64,000 nt of DNA, taken from contig CALEXZ010000030.1 in assembly GCA_937926195.1 (NCBI GenBank), positions 1,816-65,815 of the forward strand. Direction: 5' to 3'. The notes under the pieces are model-generated. The model had not been told where the DNA came from, made no database searches, and was given only the letters and a program-made list of their open reading frames with translations. Positions within the stretch are counted from its first letter, which is position 1. Each line of letters starts with the position of its first letter. Shown here piece after piece: positions 43,044 to 54,400 of the stretch. This DNA is from an uncultured Actinomyces sp. GTDB lineage: Bacteria; Actinomycetota; Actinomycetes; Actinomycetales; Actinomycetaceae. The position numbers and the translations under genes are program-made.

Positions 43044-43149
43044 GGGTATGGTCACCGTGCTCACCTGAGTCCCTGGCGTCAGCAGACGATAAACTCACGG
43101 TGCCGCGGCGTCCGCTCGCGGAGCGACAGAACTTGAGGACAACCACGAG

Positions 43150-44607
43150 ATGACCGAGGCCCCGAAGCCGCTTGGTGTGACAACGACCCCGATCCCCGGG
43201 TTCCTGTGTATCGACCTCACGGTCTACGGCGACAACCGCGGCTGGTTCAAGGAGAACTGGCAGCGCGAGAAGATGGTCGCGCTCGGTCTGCCGGACTTCG
43301 GGCCGGTCCAGAACAACATCTCCTTCAACGACGAGGTCGGTGTCACCCGCGGCATCCACGCCGAGCCCTGGGACAAGTACGTCTCCGTCGCCACCGGCAA
43401 GGTCTTCGGCGCCTGGGTGGACCTGCGTGAGGGCCCCACCTTCGGCACCGTCTTCACGACCGTCATCGACCCCTCGGTGGCCGTCTTCGTCCCCCGCGGT
43501 GTGGGCAACGCCTACCAGACGCTGGAGCCCGGCACCGCCTACACCTACCTCGTCAACGACCACTGGTCGCCCGAGGCCCGCTACACCTTCCTCAACCTCG
43601 CCGACGAGACCGCCGCGGTGCCGTGGCCCATCCCGCTGGAGCGCGCGATCCTCTCCGACAAGGACAAGGCCCACCCGCGCATGGCGGAGGTCACCCCCTT
43701 CCCGGCCGTCGACGCCGCGCCGCGTCCGGGGCGCCGCGCCTTCGTCACCGGGGCCCGCGGCCAGCTCGGCCGTGAGCTCATGGCCCAGCTGCCCGAGGCC
43801 GGCTTCACGGTCACCGGTGTCGACCTGCCGGACTTCGACATCGCCGACGCCGCGCAGGTTGCGGCCGTCGACTGGTCGCAGTACGACGTCATCATCAACG
43901 CGGCGGGATGGACCGCCGTCGACGCCTCCGAGACCGACGAGGGCCGCCCCGCGACGTGGCGTGCGAACGCGTCGGGCCCCTCCGTCCTGGCCCGCGCCGC
44001 CTCCGAGAACGGCCTGACGATCGTCCACGTGTCCAGCGAGTACATCTTCGACGGCACGCAGGAGCCGCACACCGAGGACGAGGTCCCCAGCCCGCTCGGT
44101 GTCTACGGGCAGTCGAAGGCCGGTGGTGACGCCGCCGTTGCCGGGACCCCCCGCCACTACCTCGTGCGCACGAGCTGGGTCGTCGGCGACGGCAAGAACT
44201 TCGTCAAGACGATGGCCTCCCTCGCCGCCAAGGGCGTCAAGCCCTCCGTCGTCGCCGACCAGACCGGCCGGCTCACCTTCACCGCCGACCTCGCCGCCGG
44301 CATCATCCACCTGCTGGTCACGGGCGCCGACTACGGCACCTACAACCTCTCCGGCGAGGGGAGGGTCGTCTCCTGGGCCGACGTTGCCAAGCGCGTCTAC
44401 GAGCTGGGCGGCCACAGCGCCGATGACGTGACCCCGGTGAGCACCGCCGAGTACTACGCCGGCCAGACGGGTATCGCCCCCCGCCCGCTCAGGAGCGCCC
44501 TCGACCTGACGAAGATCAAGGCAACGGGCTTCACGCCGGCAGACTCGATGGCCCGCCTGGACGAGTACGTGCACGCGCTGCTCGCCGACGGCACGGACCT
44601 GCGTTGA
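43150..44607 (+). CDS. rmlCD: Bifunctional dTDP-4-dehydrorhamnose 3,5-epimerase / reductase (RmlC-RmlD fusion)
   Basis: GDNRGWFKE, RGIH, VDLR; then TGARGQLG, NAAGWTAVD, YGQSK, RTSWV. Confidence 0.93.
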   Translation: MTEAPKPLGVTTTPIPGFLCIDLTVYGDNRGWFKENWQREKMVALGLPDFGPVQNNISFNDEVGVTRGIHAEPWDKYVSVATGKVFGAWVDLREGPTFGTVFTTVIDPSVAVFVPRGVGNAYQTLEPGTAYTYLVNDHWSPEARYTFLNLADETAAVPWPIPLERAILSDKDKAHPRMAEVTPFPAVDAAPRPGRRAFVTGARGQLGRELMAQLPEAGFTVTGVDLPDFDIADAAQVAAVDWSQYDVIINAAGWTAVDASETDEGRPATWRANASGPSVLARAASENGLTIVHVSSEYIFDGTQEPHTEDEVPSPLGVYGQSKAGGDAAVAGTPRHYLVRTSWVVGDGKNFVKTMASLAAKGVKPSVVADQTGRLTFTADLAAGIIHLLVTGADYGTYNLSGEGRVVSWADVAKRVYELGGHSADDVTPVSTAEYYAGQTGIAPRPLRSALDLTKIKATGFTPADSMARLDEYVHALLADGTDLR

Positions 44608-45716
44608 GGGCGGTCGTCGCCGCGGGAGGCAGCCGGCTCGCCGAGCTCTTCGCCCCACGTGACCTGGACAGCAGGGACAACGCCCTCAACATGCTCAGGC
44701 TCGTCCTGGCCTCCCTCGTCGTCTTCTCCCACGTGCACATCCTCTCGGGCACCGGCGACGGCGTCATGTGGGAGGGCCAGCACCTGGGCAGCTGGGCCGT
44801 GGTCGGCTTCTTCACGATCTCCGGGTTCCTCATCACCGGGGCGCGGTGCCGCTCCAAGGCGGGCACCTACCTCATCAACCGGGTCGTGCGGATCTTCCCC
44901 GGCTACCTGCTCGTGCTCGTCCTCGTCGCCTTCGGCCTGGCACCGATCGCGCAGGTCGTCGAGCACGGCAGCCTCGACGGCTACTTGTCCACGCCCGTGA
45001 CGCCCGTGCAGTACATCTGGGTCAACAGCCTGCTGACGATGGGCAGCTACTCCATCGGGGAGACCCTGACGACCTCGCCCTACGGCACGGCGTGGAACGG
45101 CTCGCTGTGGAGCCTCTACTACGAGTTCATGTGCTACATCGTCATCGGCGTGTTCATGTCCTGGCGCTGGACCCGCGAGCGCGCCTGGCCGGTGATCGCC
45201 CTGTTCGTCCTGTCCGTGCTCGTGCACGCCGGCATCGACCGGATCAGTCCCTACACCGGCGGCGACGGCAGCCTCGCCCTGTTCATCTTCATGTTCCCCT
45301 ACTTCATGGGGGGCGCGGTCATCTACGTCCTCAGGGACCGGCTGCCCATGCGCGCCTGGATCGCGTTGCTGGCCGCGATCATCTCCTACGCGCTCATCGC
45401 CCTGCTGCCCGACGTCGGCAAGCAGGCGGCGTCACCCTTCATGGCCTACCTCATCCTGTGGCTCGGGGCGGTCCTGCCCTCGCCGCGCGTGACGAGGGTC
45501 CACGACATCTCCTACGGCGTCTACATCTTCCACTTCCCGCTCACGCAGCTGCTGCTCGTGTCGGTCGGGGCCCACTGGAGTTTCACCACGCTGCTCGTCG
45601 TCGTCATGGCGTGCACGCTCGTGCTGGCGACCCTCAGCTGGGTCCTCGTCGAGCGCGCTGCCATGCGCTGGTCGCGCGGACGCTCCCCGTGGGCCGAGCT
45701 CAGCCTCCACGCCTGA
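44604..45716 (+). CDS. Acyltransferase-3 family protein
   Basis: RDN..NMLRL.LA..VVFSH, FFTISGFLI, RIFPG, NGSLWSL.YE, DISYG.YI.HFP. Confidence 0.88.
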   Translation: MRAVVAAGGSRLAELFAPRDLDSRDNALNMLRLVLASLVVFSHVHILSGTGDGVMWEGQHLGSWAVVGFFTISGFLITGARCRSKAGTYLINRVVRIFPGYLLVLVLVAFGLAPIAQVVEHGSLDGYLSTPVTPVQYIWVNSLLTMGSYSIGETLTTSPYGTAWNGSLWSLYYEFMCYIVIGVFMSWRWTRERAWPVIALFVLSVLVHAGIDRISPYTGGDGSLALFIFMFPYFMGGAVIYVLRDRLPMRAWIALLAAIISYALIALLPDVGKQAASPFMAYLILWLGAVLPSPRVTRVHDISYGVYIFHFPLTQLLLVSVGAHWSFTTLLVVVMACTLVLATLSWVLVERAAMRWSRGRSPWAELSLHA

Positions 45717-45734
45717 GCCCCGCGGGGGCGGGCC

Positions 45735-46616
45735 TCAGGGCCGCAGGGCGTGCGCGGTGAGCATCCGCACCGCCTCGGTGTTGCGCGCCTTGAGCGCCGT
45801 CGGGAGGAGCGTGAGCGCGTGGGCCCGCGACGAGGAGTGCAGGCGCGCCGCGCGGGCGGCCGAGCGCCACCCGTTGCGGCGCATGATCGACAGGGCCAGC
45901 GCGAAGTACTTCTGCTCGCCGTCGAAGCGGCGCCCGTCCAGCAGTGCCGTCGTCGAGGCCGAGGCCTCGTGGCGGCGGTAGGAGAAGCACACGTGCGGGT
46001 CGAGCAGCAGCGACCCGCCTGCGGCGACGATGTCGATGATGAGGGCGAGGTCCTGGATGATCGGGAAGCCGGGGCGGAACGGGTGCTGGACGATGGTCTC
46101 GCGCTTGAACACGAGCGAGGGCCAGTAGAGCCAGTCGGCGCGCAGCAGCGAGGCCGCCAGCGCCTCCCCGGCCAGCAGGCGCGGCGAGGCGGCACGGGGG
46201 CGCGAGAGGACCTTGATGGTGTCCACGAGCGGGCGCACGACCCGCCCGTCGGCGTCGATGACACGCACACCCGGCTGGATGACGTCGGCCTGCGGGTAGT
46301 GCCGGTGGATCTCGTGGACGCGGCTGACGAAGTCGGGGTCGGGGATGTCGTCGCAGCCCAGGAGCATGACGAGCTCGGCGCTCGCCGCGGACAGGCAGAA
46401 GGCGTAGTTCTCGGTGATGCCCTGGTTCGTCTCGTGACGGATGTACGTCACCTTCGGGTCGTCGAGCCGCGCGAAGTACTCGGCGACCGAGGGGTCCGGG
46501 TAGCAGTCGTCCACCACCGTCAGGCGCCAGTCGTCGCTCGTCTGCCCGCGCACCGCCTCGACGGTCTCGTGCAGGTACCTCGGCTCGCCCCAGAACGGGA
46601 GCATGATGTCGATCAT
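45735..46616 (-). CDS. GT2-family glycosyltransferase
   Basis: VVDD, NQG...N, GCDD, YRRH..S.S. Confidence 0.85.
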   Translation of the reverse strand: MIDIMLPFWGEPRYLHETVEAVRGQTSDDWRLTVVDDCYPDPSVAEYFARLDDPKVTYIRHETNQGITENYAFCLSAASAELVMLLGCDDIPDPDFVSRVHEIHRHYPQADVIQPGVRVIDADGRVVRPLVDTIKVLSRPRAASPRLLAGEALAASLLRADWLYWPSLVFKRETIVQHPFRPGFPIIQDLALIIDIVAAGGSLLLDPHVCFSYRRHEASASTTALLDGRRFDGEQKYFALALSIMRRNGWRSAARAARLHSSSRAHALTLLPTALKARNTEAVRMLTAHALRP

Positions 46617-46669
46617 TGCGTGTCTTGCCTCTACAGCGGTGGTCGGGAGCGGGTCGGGACGCCCTGCGG

Positions 46670-47053
46670 CTACCCGTCGGTGTCGGAGTCGGGGTCGGGG
46701 GAGGCGGGCGAGGGACGCTGGTCTCGGGTGAGCATGTTGAGGACGGCGACGTTCTCCGCCAGGACGCGGGTTTCGTCCTCGAGCCTGCTGATCTCAAGCG
46801 ACAGGTGCAGCGTCACGCCCAGCAGCAGCAGGATGGCCAGCGTGAACAGCAGGTTCGAGGGCACCTGGAAGCCCAGGGCGCCCGCGAGCCAGCTCAGCAG
46901 CTGCGGGACGAGCGCGAGCGTGACGATGGCGACGGAGACGAGCATCCACAGCATGGCGTACTTCTCCCTCAGCTTGCGGCTGCGCAGGAGCGAGATCATG
47001 GCGAGGAAGATGATCGTGGAGATCGCGACGTAGACGGTCTGGCTGGGCATCAC
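46670..47053 (-). CDS. DUF2304-family small membrane protein
   Basis: Three TMs, LREKYA.LW, PSNLLF, C-terminal ISRLE.....LAE.VA; coupled to the upstream GT2. Confidence 0.85.
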   Translation of the reverse strand: MMPSQTVYVAISTIIFLAMISLLRSRKLREKYAMLWMLVSVAIVTLALVPQLLSWLAGALGFQVPSNLLFTLAILLLLGVTLHLSLEISRLEDETRVLAENVAVLNMLTRDQRPSPASPDPDSDTDG

Positions 47054-47790
47054 TGCGTCCTTTCGTCCTCACGGCGGCGCCTGACGGGGCGGCGCGTCAT
47101 CGAGATGCCGAGCGCGAAGACCGCCCGGACGAGGTAGACCGCGGCCTTCCACGGCGGTGAGGAGGGGGTGCCGGCCTGGCGCGGGCGCATCGACACGCCC
47201 ACCTGGCTGACGGTCAGCCCCGAGCGCACCGCCATGACGAGAGAGTCGATGGTGTCCCCCAGGTACTCCGAGGGGAAGTAGTCGCAGTACTGCCGGATGG
47301 CGGTGCGGTCGGCGGCGCGGAAGCCGCTCGTGACGTCGGTCAGGCGCGTGCGGCTGATGCGCCCGACCGTGCCCGCCAGCAGGACCATCGCCCAGCGCCG
47401 GGGCCCGCGCACCGTGTAGGTCCCGGACTCGGCGAAGCGCGCGCCGATGGAGATGTTCGTGCGCTCCAGGCCCTCCAGAACCCGCATGATGTCCGCAGGA
47501 TCGTGCTGGCCGTCCGCATCGACCTGGATCGCGCGGTCGTAGTCGAAGCGCCGGGCGTACTTGTAGCCGGCGCGCATGGCACCGCCGACGCCGAGGTTGT
47601 AGGGCAGGTCCAGGACGAGGGCCCCGGCCTCACGCGCGACCGAGGCCGTGGAGTCGGTGGAGCCGTCGTTGACGACGAGCAGGTCGAACTCCGGCACGGT
47701 CCGGCGCAGCTCCCGGATGGTGTCGCCGATGGCCAGCTCCTCGTTCCACGCGGGCATGATGACCAGCGTGCGCGGTGCGGCGGGCTGCAT
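47050..47790 (-). CDS. GT2, DPM1-like polyprenol-phosphate glycosyltransferase
   Basis: PAWNEE, NDGSTD, NLGVG.A, VDADGQH, DVTSGFR, R.AG.S. Confidence 0.88.
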   Translation of the reverse strand: MQPAAPRTLVIMPAWNEELAIGDTIRELRRTVPEFDLLVVNDGSTDSTASVAREAGALVLDLPYNLGVGGAMRAGYKYARRFDYDRAIQVDADGQHDPADIMRVLEGLERTNISIGARFAESGTYTVRGPRRWAMVLLAGTVGRISRTRLTDVTSGFRAADRTAIRQYCDYFPSEYLGDTIDSLVMAVRSGLTVSQVGVSMRPRQAGTPSSPPWKAAVYLVRAVFALGISMTRRPVRRRREDERTQ

Positions 47791-47862
47791 AGGTCTCCTT
47801 TGGACGGCAGAAGGCGGCCACAGTGTATGGCGGGCGGCCGGGCGGCGCTGACGGCGCCCCGC

Positions 47863-48735
47863 TCAGCGCCGCTCGCGCTCGAGGATGTTGAGCAGGTACT
47901 GGCCGTAGCCGGACTTCACCAGCGGCTCGGCGCGCCTGCGCAGGCCCTCGTCGTCGATGAAGCCCATGCGCCAGGCGATCTCCTCGGGGCAGCCGATGTT
48001 GAGGCCCTGACGGTGCTGGATCGTGCGGATGAAGGAGGTCGCGTCGGCCAGCGAGTCGAAGGTGCCCGTGTCGAGCCAGGCGGTGCCGCGCGGAAGGACC
48101 TCGACCGTCAGGCGGCCCGCCTCCAGGTAGGTGCGGTTGACGTCCGTGATCTCGTACTCGCCTCGCGCCGAGGGCTGGAGGTTGCGCGCGATCTCGACGA
48201 CGTCGTTGTCGTAGAAGTACAGGCCGGGCACGGCGTAGTCGGACTTGGGATGAGCCGGCTTCTCCTCGATGGACACGGCCCTGAAGTCCTTGTCGAACTC
48301 GACGACGCCGTAGGCGGTGGGGTCGGCCACCTGGTAGGCGTAGACGACGCCGCCCACCGGGTCGGTGTGGCGACGCAGCTGGGTGCCCATGCCCGGGCCG
48401 TAGAAGATGTTGTCGCCCAGGACGAGGGCGGCCGGCTGGTCCCCGATGAAGTCGGCGCCCAGGACGAAGGCCTGGGCCAGGCCGTTGGGGACCTCCTGGA
48501 CGGTGTAGGACAGGTTGACGCCCAGCTGTGAGCCGTCTCCCAGCAACCGGTGGAAGCTCGCCGCGTCGTGCGGGGTGGTGATGACCAGGACGTCCTGGAT
48601 GCCCGCGAGCATGAGGGTGCTCAGCGGGTAGTAGACCATCGGCTTGTCGTACACGGGCACGAGCTGCTTGGAGGTGCCCAGGGTGATCGGGTTGAGTCGC
48701 GTGCCGGAGCCTCCGGCCAGGATGATGCCACGCAT
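47863..48735 (-). CDS. rmlA: Glucose-1-phosphate thymidylyltransferase
   Basis: [40 protein letters not shown]. Confidence 0.97.
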   Translation of the reverse strand: MRGIILAGGSGTRLNPITLGTSKQLVPVYDKPMVYYPLSTLMLAGIQDVLVITTPHDAASFHRLLGDGSQLGVNLSYTVQEVPNGLAQAFVLGADFIGDQPAALVLGDNIFYGPGMGTQLRRHTDPVGGVVYAYQVADPTAYGVVEFDKDFRAVSIEEKPAHPKSDYAVPGLYFYDNDVVEIARNLQPSARGEYEITDVNRTYLEAGRLTVEVLPRGTAWLDTGTFDSLADATSFIRTIQHRQGLNIGCPEEIAWRMGFIDDEGLRRRAEPLVKSGYGQYLLNILERERR

Positions 48736-48997
48736 GGGGACAGTCTCCCCGAAGAAGCCCCCGCATGTGCAACGACCCGCAGGTGCGTCACCGTGGTGCG
48801 ACGGCCGGAGGCGGTGCCCGGCGCGCCGCCCACGCGTGCCCGCCGACCCGCTCCCGGGACCCCGGGGGCGGGGCGCCGCGCCCCTGCCTGCGGCCCGTCC
48901 GCCCCTGGTTGCGTGGGGCCGACGCCCCTTCCGCCCCGTCGTGTTGGGCGTGCCGCCCCTACCGTGCCCCGTCGGCGGCCGGGTTACGGTTCGCCGT

Positions 48998-50188
48998 ATG
49001 GAACGCCTCGCCCCCGCCCGCCAGTCCTACGACTGGGGCTCGACCACGGCCGTGCCCGAGTTCCTGGGCACCGAGCCCGACGGCGCCCCCTGGGCGGAGC
49101 TGTGGTTCGGCACCCACCCGGCGGGCCCCACGCGCCTGGCGTCCGGGCCCACCCTCGCCTCCCACGTCGACTCCGACCCCCAGCGGCTCCTGGGCGACGA
49201 CGTCGTGCGCCGCTTCGGCCCCCAGCTGCCCTTCCTGCTCAAGGTCATCGCCCCCGCCAAGGCCCTGTCCATCCAGGTTCACCCCTCGCTGGCGCAGGCG
49301 GCCGAGGGCTTCGAGCTCGAGAGCTCGCGGGGCATCCCGCTCGACTCGCCCGTGCGCTCCTACAAGGACGCCAACCACAAGCCCGAGATGGTCCTGGCCC
49401 TGTCTCGCTTCGAGGCGGTGGCGGGCTTCAGGGCACCCCGCCGCGCCTGGGAGGTGCTGGCCGACCTCCAGGCCCCGGTGGCGCGCCGCATGCGCCGCAC
49501 GCTGCGTCTCAACCCCACCCGCTACGGCATCCGCCAGGCCTTCAGCGACGTCGTCTCCGCGGGCACCCGCCCCAGCCGCCAGGAGGTCGACGAGCTCGTC
49601 GAGGAGATCGGCGTGCGCCTCGACGAGGGGCGCTCCCCGTCGCGGCGGGTGGACGCCAACGCCCTGGAGATGGCCCGCTGCTTCCCCGGGGACCCGGGGG
49701 TCGTCGCGGCGCTGCTGCTCAACCCCGTCACCCTGCAGCCCGGGGAGGCGCTGTTCGTCCCCGCGGGCTCGGTGCACGCCTACATCAGCGGCCTGGGCGT
49801 GGAGATCATGGCCTCCTCGGACAACGTGCTGCGCGCGGGCCTGACGCACAAGCACATCGACGTGCCGCAGATGCTCGCCTGCGTCGACTACGTCGCCGGG
49901 CCCCCGGTGCGTCCTGCGCCGGAGTACCTCTCGCGGGCCACGCGCGCCTACTACGCGCCGGTGGACGACTTCGAGCTGCTCGTGACCACCGTCGTGCCCG
50001 AGGACGGGCGCATGGCCGTCGCCGGGCGCGGTCCGCGCCTCCTGCTGGTCACCGAGGGCGAGGTGACCGTCACGACGCCCCTGGGCAGCCAGACCCTGCG
50101 GCGGGGTGAGGGCGCCTTCGTCGGAGCGGACGAGCGCACCCTCAGCGTCGAGGGCACGGGGACCCTCATCCAGGCCGACGTCCCGTGA
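48998..50188 (+). CDS. manA: Mannose-6-phosphate isomerase, class I
   Basis: [56 protein letters not shown]. Confidence 0.95.
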   Translation: MERLAPARQSYDWGSTTAVPEFLGTEPDGAPWAELWFGTHPAGPTRLASGPTLASHVDSDPQRLLGDDVVRRFGPQLPFLLKVIAPAKALSIQVHPSLAQAAEGFELESSRGIPLDSPVRSYKDANHKPEMVLALSRFEAVAGFRAPRRAWEVLADLQAPVARRMRRTLRLNPTRYGIRQAFSDVVSAGTRPSRQEVDELVEEIGVRLDEGRSPSRRVDANALEMARCFPGDPGVVAALLLNPVTLQPGEALFVPAGSVHAYISGLGVEIMASSDNVLRAGLTHKHIDVPQMLACVDYVAGPPVRPAPEYLSRATRAYYAPVDDFELLVTTVVPEDGRMAVAGRGPRLLLVTEGEVTVTTPLGSQTLRRGEGAFVGADERTLSVEGTGTLIQADVP

Positions 50189-50915
50189 CCCGCTCCTGAC
50201 GGGCGGCGAGCGCCACCAGCTCCTCGCCGCAGGCGGCGTCGACCAGCACCGCTCTCGCCCCGCCCGCCCAGGCGGCCAGGACCTCGCGCACGGCGCGGGC
50301 CGCGGCTCCCGGCCCGGTGCTACCGCGTACGAGCACGGCGCGTGCCGTCGGGGCCTGGGCGAGGGCGGCGGCGGCCAGCTCCGTCCTGTCGAGGCGGGTC
50401 CCGTCGTCGGCCAGCAGCGCCGGGAGGCCCGGGGCCGCGGGCAGGGGGGTGAAGCGGTCCGCGTGGCTCATGACGTCGGCGACGCCGTCGAGCGTCAGCG
50501 GCCCCGTCTCGCCGTCGAAGCGCACGGCCAGTGAGGCGCGGGGCACGAGCACCTGCACCTCGGCCCGGGCGTCGAGGTCCTCAAGCGCGCCTGCGACGCT
50601 GACCTCGGGGACCTCGGTGCCCGCGAGGGCCGGTGCCGGCCCCAGGGCGACGCCGCCCCCGGCGAGCCACGCACCCAGGCACCACGTCACCGCCCGCCAC
50701 CCCACCGGCAGGTCCACGTGCACCAGCACTCCCTCACCCGACTCGGTGGTCAGCAGCCCGGCGGACTTGGACGCCCACATGCTCAGCACGTGACCGGTGA
50801 GCTCAATGCGTTCGCTACCAGGGGAGTAGTTCACGAGCCAGGGGCGGTCCGCGTCCGCGGGTCCGGGAAGCAGGGCCACGAGGCGATCGGGGGTGGGGTG
50901 AGAAACGGCGGGCAT
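50166..50915 (-). CDS. TIGR03089-family protein
   Basis: RPWL..Y...ERIELTG..L..WASK.A.LL; LP..WR; position next to whiB. Confidence 0.75.
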   Translation of the reverse strand: MPAVSHPTPDRLVALLPGPADADRPWLVNYSPGSERIELTGHVLSMWASKSAGLLTTESGEGVLVHVDLPVGWRAVTWCLGAWLAGGGVALGPAPALAGTEVPEVSVAGALEDLDARAEVQVLVPRASLAVRFDGETGPLTLDGVADVMSHADRFTPLPAAPGLPALLADDGTRLDRTELAAAALAQAPTARAVLVRGSTGPGAAARAVREVLAAWAGGARAVLVDAACGEELVALAARQERVTGRRPG

Positions 50916-51011
50916 ACGGGGATTTAAGCAGACTCCACGCCCCCGTGGGGGGCTGCATGTGCTGACAAACACAGTCATGTCAGGTCTAGCGCGAAACCTT
51001 GCGGAGGGCCG

Positions 51012-51073
51012 GTTACGAACAGATGACTAACCTGTCACACGCTTGACTCACCCGAGTGACAGCCGTGTAGTTT
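51012..51073 (+). promoter_or_regulatory. Putative whiB promoter with upstream direct repeats
   Basis: GTTAC-N6-ATGAC-N6-GTCAC (51012-51038), TTGACT at 51043, TAGTTT 19 nt later. Confidence 0.35.
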
Positions 51074-51125
51074 CTACGGGTAATCCCTGTCAATGGGCAA
51101 TCCTGCTAGACGAAAGGACGCCATC

Positions 51126-51443
51126 GTGTGGAACATCCTCGGTGACGGCCCGCTCCAGCGGACCGAGGAGGTCGACGACGAGACGCTCGTCCTGCTCTTC
51201 GGTGGCGACGTGTTCGAGGGCGGCCCCCTGGCGTGGCAGGAGCGCGCCCTGTGCGCGCAGACGGACCCCGAGGCCTTCTTCCCGGAGAAGGGCGGCTCCA
51301 CCCGTGAGGCCAAGCGCGTGTGCGCCTCCTGCGAGGTCCGCGAGGAGTGTCTTGAGTACGCCCTCGCCAACGACGAGCGCTTCGGCATCTGGGGCGGCCT
51401 GTCCGAGCGCGAGCGGCGTAAGCTCAAGCGCCGCGCGGTCTGA
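51126..51443 (+). CDS. whiB: WhiB-family Fe-S transcriptional regulator (WhiB/WhiB2 type)
   Basis: WQERALCAQTDPEAFFPEKGGSTREAK.VC..C.VR.ECL..FGIWGGLSERERR; GAAAGGA RBS before GTG. Confidence 0.96.
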   Translation: MWNILGDGPLQRTEEVDDETLVLLFGGDVFEGGPLAWQERALCAQTDPEAFFPEKGGSTREAKRVCASCEVREECLEYALANDERFGIWGGLSERERRKLKRRAV

Positions 51444-51494
51444 GCGGGCCTCCTCCTGCCGTCCGCAGCCGAGCACACGAGTAGGGGAAGACCA

Positions 51495-54400
51495 GTGACA
51501 CCCGCAGCGGAGCCCGCCCGCACGGCCACCGACCCGGGCTCAAGGACCCTCGCCGTCATCGTCTGCGCCGGGGTCACCCCGTACCTGGCTCGCACCCTGC
51601 GTGCCGTCGCCTCCCAGAGCCGCCTGCCCGACGTCGTCCTCGTCGTCGACGTCGCCTCGCGCGCCAACGGGCTGGGTGACGGCACCCCTGTCGGCGATGC
51701 CGTCGCCCTGTCCGGCCTGGACGCCGTGTGCGACGTGCGCATCGTGCGCGCCGGCGAGGCACCGACCTTCCTCGCGGCCGTGGACGCGGGGCTCGCCCGC
51801 TACGGCGAGCTCGTGGCCGCCGGCAACCGCCGCCGCCCCGCCGGCCGCGCGGGCTCGGCCCCCACCGGCTCGGGGTCCGCGGGCCTCTCGCGCGCCACCT
51901 CCAGCCTTGCCCCCGGCCGCACCCGCGTACCGGCGGGCACGGGGGAGGAGGACCTCACGCTCGCGGGCCCCGACGGCGCCCGCTCGCCCATCACCCGCGA
52001 CGAGGCCCGCACGCACGGACGCGAGGAGTGGCTGTGGCTGCTGCACGACGACTCCGCGCCCGCGCCGCAGTGCCTGGCCGAGCTCCTGGCGACCGTCGAG
52101 GGCGCCCGCTCCATCGCCCTGGCGGGCCCCAAGCAGGTCGGCTGGGACGACCCCGGCACCCTCCTTGAGGTGGGCCTGCGCACCACCGCCTCCGCCCGCC
52201 GTGCCAACGACATCGTCGAGGGCGAGGTCGACCAGGGCCAGCACGACTCCCGCAGCGACGTCCTCGCCGTCGGCACCGCCGGGGCTCTCGTCTCCCGTAC
52301 CGCCTGGGACGCCGTGAGCAGCTCGGGCTGCGGCGTCACCACCGACATCGACGCCTTCGGCGACTCCCTGGCCCTGTCGCGCGCGCTGCGCCTGCAGGGC
52401 CACCGTGTCGTCGTCGTCCCGACGGCGCGCCTGAGCCACCGCCGTGCCGCCTACCTCGGCCTGCGCGGGCCCGGCGCCCCGGCCCCCGAGCGGCCCGCGC
52501 GCGGCAGCGAGGACGCCGACCAGGTGCCCCCGGTGCCCGTGGGCGAGCCCGAGGCGGACCCTGACCGCTCCTTCCGTGCCCGCCGTGCCGCACAGCTGCG
52601 CTCCTGGGCCACGGCCTCCTCGGCCCCTCTGCCCTTCCTGCTCACCTGGTTCTGGGTCCTGGGCGTGGCGCGCGCCGCCTGGCGGATGGTGATGAAGTCG
52701 CCCGCCCTGGCGCGTGACGAGCTCGCGGCCGTCGCCCACTGCCTGCACGACGCGCACCGCGTCCACCGCGACCGCCGTCGGCTCTCCGCCCTGACGAGCG
52801 TGCGCCGCGGGGTGCTGGCAGAGCTGTACCTGCCCGCCTCCGAGATCCGCGCGGCCCGCCGCGACCTGCGCCGCCAGGAGCGTGAGCGCGAGGCCCGCGC
52901 CGCGGCACCCTCCGAGCTCGAGCTGCGTGAGCTCGCCGCGCTCGCGCGTCGGCGGCGCCGCGCCCTGTGCCTGAGCCTGCTGGTCACCGCCGCCGTCGGC
53001 CTGGCGGGCGTCTCCCACGTCCTCGTCGCCCGGGCGGTGACCGGGGGATCGCTGGCCTCCCTCGGTGGCTGGCAGCAGACGTGGCAGGCGGCCTGGAGCA
53101 CCTGGGCCGCCTCAGGCGACGGCTACCTCACGGGCCCGTCCCCCTTCCTCGCCGTCCTCACCCCGCCGCTGCTCGTCGGCTCCTGGCTCGGGCTCGACGG
53201 CGGTGCGCTGGTCCACCTCCTCGTGGTCCTCGCCGTGCCCCTCGCCGCCCTGGGCGCCTGGTTCGCCGCGGGCACCGTCACCCGGCGCACGAGCCTGCGG
53301 GCCTGGGCCGCGCTCGCCTGGGCGCTCGCCCCCACCCTGCTGCTGGGGGTCGGGCAGGGGCGCCTGGGCCCGGTGCTCGTGCACCTCGTCCTGCCGTGGG
53401 CGCTGACGGCCCTGTCCCGGGCGGTGGGGGCCGACCGGCGTGACGTCGTGCTGTCGGGCCTCGTGGGCGCCCACCACGTCACCGAGGAGGAGAAGGCCGA
53501 GCTCGACCGCTTCGCCTCCGAGACCATGTCCGCCCTCGCCGAGCTCGCCGACGCCGAGGACGAGGAGGGCGAGCCGACTGACGCCGAGCCCGTCGACGCC
53601 GAGGACGAGGAGGACGAGGCACCCGAGGCACGGGCCGACGCGGGTGAGGACGAGCCCGCCGGCACCGAGCCCGCTGACACCGGGACGGACGACAGCGGGG
53701 ACACCGGCACCGAGCCCGCCGACGCCCGGGCCGACGAGGAGGAGACGGTCGCTGCCGCACCCGACGCCGACGGGGACGCGCCCGACGCCGACGGGGACGC
53801 GCCCGACGCCGACGGGGACGCGCCCGGTGCCGGACCGGTCGACGCGGCCGCCGTCGACGAGGTGAGCGGCGCCGTCGTTGCCGCGCGCAACGCCCACGAG
53901 GCCGCCGTGCGGGCCGCCACCGCCGAGACGTACGGTCCCGGCTCTGCCGCTGCCGCCGCGGCCGCGGGCCTGCTGCTCAGCCTCGTCGTCGCCGTCGCCC
54001 CCTCCACGAGCCTGCTCGTCCTGCCGGGCCTGCTCCTGCTCGCGGCCGGCTGCCGCCGCTCGCGCGCACGTCTGCTGCTCACGCTCCTGCCCGTCGTCGC
54101 GACCGCCGCCCCCCTGCTGTGGCGCGCGGCCGAGCGCGCCACCCAGGGCAGCCCGGCCGGCTGGCGCGAGGCCCTGCGCTACCTGCTCACCGACTGGGGC
54201 GCCCCGGTGGCCGTTCCCGGCGGCAGCGGAGTCTCCCTCCTGCTGGGAAGCCCCGTGCGCCTGAGCGCTCTCGTCGAGGCCCTCACCGGATCCACCGTTG
54301 CCACCGCCACCGACTCCGAGGTCCCCGCCGGCGTCGTCCTGGGTCCCCTCGACACCGGCGTCGGGCCCATCACCCTCGCGGTGGCCGCCCTGCTCGCCCT

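Noticed and set aside
43150..44607. RmlC-RmlD fusion as a novelty
   Set aside because: To my knowledge this fusion is common in Actinobacteria
48736..48997. Recurrent GCCCC(T/G) motifs between rmlA and manA as a possible ncRNA or repeat
   Set aside because: Irregular low-complexity GC sequence with no consistent unit or convincing structure
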